A stretch of DNA of 11,220 bases from Terrimicrobiaceae bacterium (GTDB taxonomy: Bacteria; Verrucomicrobiota; Verrucomicrobiia; Chthoniobacterales; Terrimicrobiaceae): positions 1 to 11,220 of the forward strand of contig JBIIPZ010000064.1 in assembly GCA_044342325.1 (NCBI GenBank), given 5' to 3'. A program made the translations under genes and the position numbers. The notes below the pieces were generated by a model. It did no database searches, was not told the DNA's origin, and saw nothing but the letters and a program-made list of their open reading frames with translations. Every line of letters begins with the position of its first letter. The stretch's first letter is position 1. Shown one piece after another: positions 5,967 through 11,220 of this stretch.

Positions 5967-7376
5967 ATGATTCTTCGCATCCTCAATCCGCCTCATACCG
6001 GTGCTCAGGCCGAAATCGGCACGGAGGCTCTCACCATCGGCTCCGGCATGGATTGCGACTTGATTCTGAGCGATCCACTTCTCCAGCCCGAGCATTGCAA
6101 AATCCGTAGCACGGGCGAGGGGATCGAGATCGAACTCACCGGTGGGGCCGCGCATCTTGATGGAGAGCCGGTCGAGAAAAGTCCATTCATGGCGAGGGCC
6201 GGTCAGGTGCTCACCATCGGATCCACCCACATGGCGTTCGGTGCAGCAGACGCGGTTTGGGATGCTGTTGTTATTCCAACGCTCCGCACACTTGGCGGCG
6301 CGGCTCCGGCGGCAATGGAGCTTGATACCGGCACGCCCTCTTCCCCTGCTAGCGCATCATCCCCTTCCAAAATCACCTCCGCTCCGCACGGCCTTTCGCA
6401 ACGCGTTAAAATCGGCATCGTTGCTGTCTCCTCGCTCGCACTGGTTTTGATTCTGGCGCTCTTTTTTTACAACGCTGATCAGAAACGAGGCATGGAAAGC
6501 ATGGTCAGGGGGGCAGGAGGCAATGCAAAGAATTTTTTCGAAGTCGACATGTATAAAACCGACCTCGACAATCAAGCTTCCGACAAGGTTGAGGAGAGGA
6601 TCAAACGCGAGGTCTCTGGAGCCAGCGTCACCAGCGGAGAGCGGAGCGGAAAAGCCTTCTTGCGAATCTATGTGCGCACGCGCGCCCAAGCCAACCAGGT
6701 GCAGCAGATCGTCAACGCCTCGCCAGTGCCCGTTTTTACGGAAATCGTGAGCCTCGAGGAAATCGAAAAGTCCGCCGAGATGATGGCCTCCATGAAGGGA
6801 TTCGCCTTGGATGTGACTTTTGCGAAGGACGGCACAGCCTATTGGAAGGGTTTTTTACCCACTCCTCAGGATTGGAAACAGGTCCAAGATCAAATAGAAA
6901 AAGACCTCCCCTACATTAAGGAAAACACCAACAATCTTACATTCGCGGCGGATATCGAAAAACGGGCAAACGCGCTGCTGGCTGAGGCCGGAATCAAGTC
7001 CCCGCTTGCTTTCCAACCCTTGCCCCGAGAGATCATCATCACCGGCACGATGCCAGAAAATCAGACCGAAGCCTGGGCCAAGCTCTGCGCCAAGCTGCGC
7101 GAAGAGTTTGGAGGCATTTTGACATTCACGGACCAAGTGGGATCAGGAAAACCGGTCGTCGTATCCAAGAATCCTTTTCACTCGCCTATAGTGGGCGTCA
7201 CGCTCGGTTCCATCCCCGCAGTGCTTCTGCTCGATGGGCAGCGAATTTACGAAGGAACAATTCTGAAAGATGGTTCCGTGCTCACAAAAATCAGCGAGTC
7301 CGATATCACTTTGAAAGGCCCGGAAGGCACTCGCAGTCTTCCTCTGAACATGGACGAAGCTCTCGAAAAGCCGTGA
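5967..7376 (+). CDS. sctD: Type III secretion inner-membrane ring protein SctD (YscD/EscD/HrpQ family)
   Basis: N-terminal FHA-like domain (LRILNPPHTGA...LTIGSGMDCDLILSDPLLQPEH), Ser/Pro linker, single TM, periplasmic ring domains, and the typical C-terminus IVGVTLGSIPAVLLLDGQRIYEGTILKDG. ATG 5967 preferred over GTG 5937. Confidence 0.92.
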   Translation: MILRILNPPHTGAQAEIGTEALTIGSGMDCDLILSDPLLQPEHCKIRSTGEGIEIELTGGAAHLDGEPVEKSPFMARAGQVLTIGSTHMAFGAADAVWDAVVIPTLRTLGGAAPAAMELDTGTPSSPASASSPSKITSAPHGLSQRVKIGIVAVSSLALVLILALFFYNADQKRGMESMVRGAGGNAKNFFEVDMYKTDLDNQASDKVEERIKREVSGASVTSGERSGKAFLRIYVRTRAQANQVQQIVNASPVPVFTEIVSLEEIEKSAEMMASMKGFALDVTFAKDGTAYWKGFLPTPQDWKQVQDQIEKDLPYIKENTNNLTFAADIEKRANALLAEAGIKSPLAFQPLPREIIITGTMPENQTEAWAKLCAKLREEFGGILTFTDQVGSGKPVVVSKNPFHSPIVGVTLGSIPAVLLLDGQRIYEGTILKDGSVLTKISESDITLKGPEGTRSLPLNMDEALEKP

Positions 7377-7439
7377 AGCTTTTCATCGCCACATTTTTTT
7401 GTTTGACTTCATCTCTCAAACCACTCATCTAATTTCCGC

Positions 7440-7688
7440 GTGATTTCCGACACATCCAATCTTGCTCAATGGACCGAACTCGGCGCTCAACTTTCAGGTC
7501 CAGACGGAGACTCTCGCAGACAAGAAATTTTTGGTTTTCTTGAAGACCTCGAAAACCGTATCCAAGCGGAACTGAGAGATCCTTCCGCAACGGACTACAC
7601 AAGTCTCAACGCCCTCTCAAGTGCGGTGGAGACAAGCAAGGAAATACTCCAAATTGTCTTGAAGCCTGTCGATCTCTCCGCTCTTTGA
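7440..7688 (+). CDS. sctE: T3SS needle co-chaperone SctE (YscE/EscE/SsaE-like)
   Basis: 82-aa helical-hairpin pattern (TELGAQL...RRQEI...DYTSL...AVETSKEIL) located between sctD and sctF, as in the Yersinia and Chlamydia D-E-F-G order. GTG start. Confidence 0.75.
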   Translation: MISDTSNLAQWTELGAQLSGPDGDSRRQEIFGFLEDLENRIQAELRDPSATDYTSLNALSSAVETSKEILQIVLKPVDLSAL

Positions 7689-7745
7689 TTTTTACAGTAA
7701 TTTCAACTCGCAAAAACCTAAACACCCAACAACAATTAAAAAATT

Positions 7746-8018
7746 ATGGCATCAGTAGGCTTCACCGTGGACGCAAAGTCTCTCACAGGAATCAACATGG
7801 ACTTCCAGAAGACACTTGATAACATGTCATCTGCACTCACTGACGCAAACACTGCCATGCAGGACGCACAGACTAAGATGAAGTCAGGAAACCCTGCAAC
7901 CATTGTAAATGCGCAAATCGCCATGGCACAGTTCACTCAGGTTCTCACAACCCTTACTCAATCACTGAAGGCCCTTCAGGATGTGACTTCCACAATTAAC
8001 CGCAATATTTCCTCGTAG
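7746..8018 (+). CDS. sctF: T3SS needle subunit SctF-like, copy 1
   Basis: 90 aa, helix-turn-helix with SGNPA turn and needle-type C-terminal helix (AQIAMAQFTQVLTTLTQSLKALQDVTSTINRNI); syntenic position. Confidence 0.82.
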   Translation: MASVGFTVDAKSLTGINMDFQKTLDNMSSALTDANTAMQDAQTKMKSGNPATIVNAQIAMAQFTQVLTTLTQSLKALQDVTSTINRNISS

Positions 8019-8030
8019 TCCTTCGCGACC

Positions 8031-8291
8031 ATGACCGTATCGTTTGCTTCCATTCCAGCTCCTGGATACTCGATCCAAGATGTGGCGACGACATTTTTGT
8101 CTTCGATTCGCTCCGCTTCGACTTCCCTGCAGGAGAGCATCAATAATGTTTCAGCCGGTGATCCTGCAGGAGTTTTGAATATTCAACTGCAAATGAGCCA
8201 ATATACGCTCTTGCTCTCGACGGTTTCCCAATCCATTACTTCGCTAACCACGATTTCCAAGCAAATCACGCAAGCGATCGGTCAGGCCTGA
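8031..8291 (+). CDS. sctF: T3SS needle subunit SctF-like, copy 2
   Basis: 86 aa, AGDPA turn and IQLQMSQYTLLLSTVSQSITSLTTISKQITQAI, colinear with copy 1. Confidence 0.75.
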   Translation: MTVSFASIPAPGYSIQDVATTFLSSIRSASTSLQESINNVSAGDPAGVLNIQLQMSQYTLLLSTVSQSITSLTTISKQITQAIGQA

Positions 8292-8323
8292 ACCCTAAGT
8301 TACGCATCAGCAAAATAAGATAT

Positions 8324-8734
8324 ATGTTTCATTCCCATAGTTCTGAAGATTTGCAGCCAGCACTGCCTCTCACCAAGGAGGCCAGACAGATTTTTTTCCA
8401 GCTTGGAACGACTGCCTTGAACAACCTTCTCGGAACTCACGCTGCTGCGTTGTTTGGGGCGTTGGAAAAAGCCGAACCGGATCAAGCGTATGCCAAGCTC
8501 GGGCTGGGAATGTCCTATATGTGCGTCTCGGATTTTGACACTGCGGCGAGATATTTTAATGATGACATCGTGCAGTCTAATAGTGCGTTGGCCCCTTCGG
8601 CGAATGTTCTTCTGGCTATGAATTGCAAGTTGGATAACAACAACTCCGGTTTTGAGGCGGCCGCCGCCAAAGCGGTGCAGGGAAACAACGAGATGCAGAG
8701 CACGATCGAGGATTTGAAGGTCGTTTCTGTGTAG
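8324..8734 (+). CDS. sctG: T3SS needle chaperone SctG (YscG/EscG/SsaH/CdsG-like TPR protein)
   Basis: TPR-like pattern FFQLGTTAL...AAALFGALEKAEPDQAYAKLGLGMSY...FDTAARYF, directly after the needle genes. Confidence 0.75.
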   Translation: MFHSHSSEDLQPALPLTKEARQIFFQLGTTALNNLLGTHAAALFGALEKAEPDQAYAKLGLGMSYMCVSDFDTAARYFNDDIVQSNSALAPSANVLLAMNCKLDNNNSGFEAAAAKAVQGNNEMQSTIEDLKVVSV

Positions 8735-8836
8735 GAAAATGAATTTGTGCATCCTTCCCAGAACTGCATCAGTCAGTCTGCCAAGGAAGGTCATTAAGTC
8801 ACAATTTTTCAACGGGTTTCACTCAGGATCAAGAGT

Positions 8837-9334
8837 ATGACTTCTGCTGTGCAGCCAATTCAATCAATGCCATTGAATCCAGTCGATCTGGTTCAGGCCT
8901 ACACACCTTCACAAATAGACTCGACGCCTCGGGCAGCAGAGGTTGCTTCTGGAGCAGCAGCAATTCAATCTGTTTCAGAAAGAGAAGTAGCTTTCAGTAA
9001 GCTGATGGCAACGAGTCCTGCTGAGTCGGCAACTACGCAACAAACCAGTGATAATTGGTGGAATGTGTTGCCAAGCAGTCAAACAACTAGCAGTCAAGAT
9101 GTCAATAAAATTTTTAATAGCCTAGATAAAGATACCAAAGCAGCAATCAATGAGTTGTTAGCAACTGTTAAAAAAGAACTTACGGCTACCGAATTTCAAA
9201 CCTTGAAAGATGGCTGGGTTGGCAAGAGAGGAACTGAATTAGAGTTTGGGTTTATTTATTCCAATTTTATGAATCAAGTGATTCAACTTGGGAGGCAAAT
9301 AACCGACCAGTTGGAAGACCTTAAAAATGCTTAA
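8837..9334 (+). CDS. T3SS-associated, probably secreted protein; divergent inner-rod (SctI)-like, at the yscH position
   Basis: Disordered S/T/P/Q-rich N-terminus, VAFSKLM motif (cf. VAFNALM in the next gene) and amphipathic C-terminal helix. Coding status is clear; function is tentative. Confidence 0.5.
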   Translation: MTSAVQPIQSMPLNPVDLVQAYTPSQIDSTPRAAEVASGAAAIQSVSEREVAFSKLMATSPAESATTQQTSDNWWNVLPSSQTTSSQDVNKIFNSLDKDTKAAINELLATVKKELTATEFQTLKDGWVGKRGTELEFGFIYSNFMNQVIQLGRQITDQLEDLKNA

Positions 9335-9337
9335 CCT

Positions 9338-9811
9338 ATGGCTACAATAGCCTCTGTTGTCCCGCAACTACCGCCCGATCCTTTGCAAAGCGCCCTTGCC
9401 GCTGCGGCCACTTCGCCCAATACGGGCGTTGGCTCTTCGACCAACCCGCCGCCTGCCAGCGTGGTCGCCTTCAATGCCTTGATGGGTATCGATGGTGCAG
9501 ATGGCACTTATTCAGGAAGCCCCGTTGGCGGATTGGGTAGCATCTTTGGCTCTTCCGCCCAGCCGACGGGAGCCTTGGATGAGGACATGGCCCCCTTGCT
9601 CCGCATCCCGGGAGATTTTCACTATTCCCGAAGCACTTTCAGTGCTCTTGACCAACTTTTTCCTTCTTTGCCCAACTCGGTTCCAAGCCCGATGGAACTC
9701 TTCACGGCTCAAGTGCAGGCAAGCCAAATCCAGTTGGCATGGCAGTTGACCGGTAAACTCATTGGAACATCGGTGCAGGGTTTCAATACACTCGTCAATT
9801 CGCAGGTCTAA
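9338..9811 (+). CDS. sctI: T3SS inner rod protein SctI (YscI/EscI/HrpB-like)
   Basis: C-terminus PSPMELFTAQVQASQIQLAWQLTGKLIGTSVQGFNTLVNSQ matches the SctI family pattern (P..L..Q......L..K......Q...TL); also has the AF.A.M motif and a disordered N-terminus. Confidence 0.82.
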   Translation: MATIASVVPQLPPDPLQSALAAAATSPNTGVGSSTNPPPASVVAFNALMGIDGADGTYSGSPVGGLGSIFGSSAQPTGALDEDMAPLLRIPGDFHYSRSTFSALDQLFPSLPNSVPSPMELFTAQVQASQIQLAWQLTGKLIGTSVQGFNTLVNSQV

Positions 9812-9828
9812 CACGCCCTTAAATCCTT

Positions 9829-10146
9829 ATGAATTCCACAGTCGCATCGTCAGATACTTCCTTGATCCGACTGAGCCATGCGAATCAAGATTCCTTTTTA
9901 GCGGAGCTGCAATCCTTGGAAGATTTTCTGTCCTCCAATAATCACACTTTTGAAAGTGCCATGTCTCTCCTCTTCAAGAACATGGAAAAAACCCCTGAGA
10001 CTGAAGCCAAGGCCAAGGATTTCTCACGAAAAATCCGCGAACTCTACCAGTTCCGCGATTTTTTAATCAAGCAGCGTGACGAGAGGAACAAAGACGGTCC
10101 AGTCGCCTCATCCCCTATCAAACTGCGAAGGCTCGCTAGAGTCTGA
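9829..10146 (+). CDS. Small T3SS protein, LcrG/PcrG-like tip chaperone or regulator (tentative)
   Basis: 105 aa, helical, with a basic C-terminal tail (IKQRDERN...SPIKLRRLARV) reminiscent of LcrG. Precedes tip-like and SycD-like genes, as in lcrG-lcrV-lcrH. Confidence 0.45.
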   Translation: MNSTVASSDTSLIRLSHANQDSFLAELQSLEDFLSSNNHTFESAMSLLFKNMEKTPETEAKAKDFSRKIRELYQFRDFLIKQRDERNKDGPVASSPIKLRRLARV

Positions 10147-10337
10147 TGCGAATTTTGCCATGATTTCCTGTTTTCCAAAACGCACATGCCAAAGACTTGG
10201 TGTTCATAATTCATCGTTGTTATCCATAAAAAATGGGCAGAGAGTGGAAAAGATGACCTTGAGGCAGAGGGAAACCAGTGTCTACACCGGCGAGACGCCC
10301 ATTCCCCCTTGGCGAACCCCTCTGAAATTTAAAAACT

Positions 10338-11054
10338 ATGCCAGAAATAGCACCAGTAACCACACCCTCAACTCCTGCAACGAGAACCGGGTTCACCGTT
10401 GATACCTCAAGTTTGGCGAACATCGAGTTTGATGCCTCGGTGCTGCAAAAGAAAGTCGATGCTGTCACCACCCGGTGGGCGGAAGATAACATGGACCTCA
10501 ATGCGGAAGCCAAAATGTGGCAAATCCGCAATCAAAATGTTGGGAAAATTTTGGAATTAACCGAAAAAGATTCTAATATGACTAAACCAACAACTATTCA
10601 GATTCCGACTAAAGATGGTAAGGAGCTCTCGGGCTGGAAAAATATGCCTGTTGAGCAGCAGGATGCCATGTGGAAAGAGGCAATATCTGGCAACAAGTAT
10701 GAGAAAAATTCTCAAGGACAGTGGGTCATGGCGCGAGATGCAAGCGGTCAGTTGATTAAATCCGATCTCAAATTGGGAGAAGTATCAATGGGAGGTTATG
10801 ATTTCATGCAAGATTATGAGGGAATGAAAGATCGAGCTTACAACAAGAAGGACGGAAGCGACGATACTATTCGCTCAAGGAACCAGACTTATATCAATAA
10901 CATCATGTCAGCCAACTCCAACAAGCTCACGCAAGCCACGACGCAAGCGAACTTTGCTATTTCGCAACTGCAAACTTCAGTCAATACATTGCAACAACTT
11001 TTTACCGATCTTTTTAATTCACTTAAACAAATCACTAACAATATTTCTGCATAA
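10338..11054 (+). CDS. T3SS needle-tip/filament (hydrophilic translocator, SctA)-like protein, 238 aa
   Basis: T/P-rich N-terminal secretion-signal-like segment, N-proximal helix (LNAEAKMWQIRNQNVGKILEL), variable middle and long C-terminal coiled coil (NSNKLTQATTQANFAISQLQTSVNTLQQLFTDLFNSLKQITNNI). No TM; immediately upstream of a SycD-like gene. Confidence 0.65.
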   Translation: MPEIAPVTTPSTPATRTGFTVDTSSLANIEFDASVLQKKVDAVTTRWAEDNMDLNAEAKMWQIRNQNVGKILELTEKDSNMTKPTTIQIPTKDGKELSGWKNMPVEQQDAMWKEAISGNKYEKNSQGQWVMARDASGQLIKSDLKLGEVSMGGYDFMQDYEGMKDRAYNKKDGSDDTIRSRNQTYINNIMSANSNKLTQATTQANFAISQLQTSVNTLQQLFTDLFNSLKQITNNISA

Positions 11055-11074
11055 TATTAAAAAACCATTAATCT

Positions 11075-11220
11075 ATGACTACAGCAGCACAAAACACGGA
11101 AACCATCACCACCACGGAAGCCGAAGACGAGGCTGCTGTGGAATTACTCACCAAAGCCCTCGAAGGCGTCCTCTTTGAGGGTAAACCCATGTGGGAAGTC
11201 TGCGGTTGGAGCGAGGACCA
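11075..11220 (+). CDS. Class II translocator chaperone SycD/LcrH-like, N-terminal fragment (runs off window)
   Basis: Manual translation MTTAAQNTETITTTEAEDEAAVELLTKALEGVLFEGKPMWEVCGWSED resembles the 'L..G.T.....G.S.E' segment that precedes TPR1 in SycD/LcrH. The TPRs are not visible in the window. Confidence 0.55.
   Translation, partial: MTTAAQNTETITTTEAEDEAAVELLTKALEGVLFEGKPMWEVCGWSED

Noticed and set aside
7403..7433. Sigma70-like promoter TTGACT...TCTAAT before sctE
   Set aside because: Good -35 but a 19-bp spacer and weak -10; not supportable without TSS data.
10076..10402. 108-aa ORF spanning the spacer before the tip gene
   Set aside because: Overlaps both neighbours out of frame, has atypical composition and no motif.
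5967..11220. Flagellar or type VI/VII interpretation of the FHA and small helical proteins
   Set aside because: The SctD C-terminal signature, D-E-F-G order and SctI C-terminus fit an injectisome; there are no WXG motifs and no flagellar or T6SS genes.

Overview
The window has three parts. (1) 1-634: the left end of a damaged IS630-family insertion sequence (- strand), with an A8 slippery site and an apparent internal deletion. (2) ~780-5800: five unrelated genes, all on the - strand: a 4-TM membrane protein, a prokaryotic pentameric ligand-gated ion channel, a DUF900-type alpha/beta hydrolase, a Zn-type CDF exporter and a small hypothetical. Four of them are followed 1-14 bp after the stop codon by mosaics of three hairpin-rich or periodic repeat families (here called A, B and C), giving a cassette-like array without attC cores. 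(3) 5967-end: the start of a divergent non-flagellar type III secretion (injectisome) operon on the + strand: sctD, sctE, two tandem sctF-like needle genes, sctG, two tandem inner-rod-like genes, an LcrG-like gene, a short tip/filament-like gene and a truncated SycD/LcrH-like chaperone. There is no sctC before sctD and no sctJ after sctI. Starts lack Shine-Dalgarno motifs, which is compatible with a Verrucomicrobia/PVC host, but that is inference only. All protein calls are by-eye motif recognition plus synteny; no database search was run.
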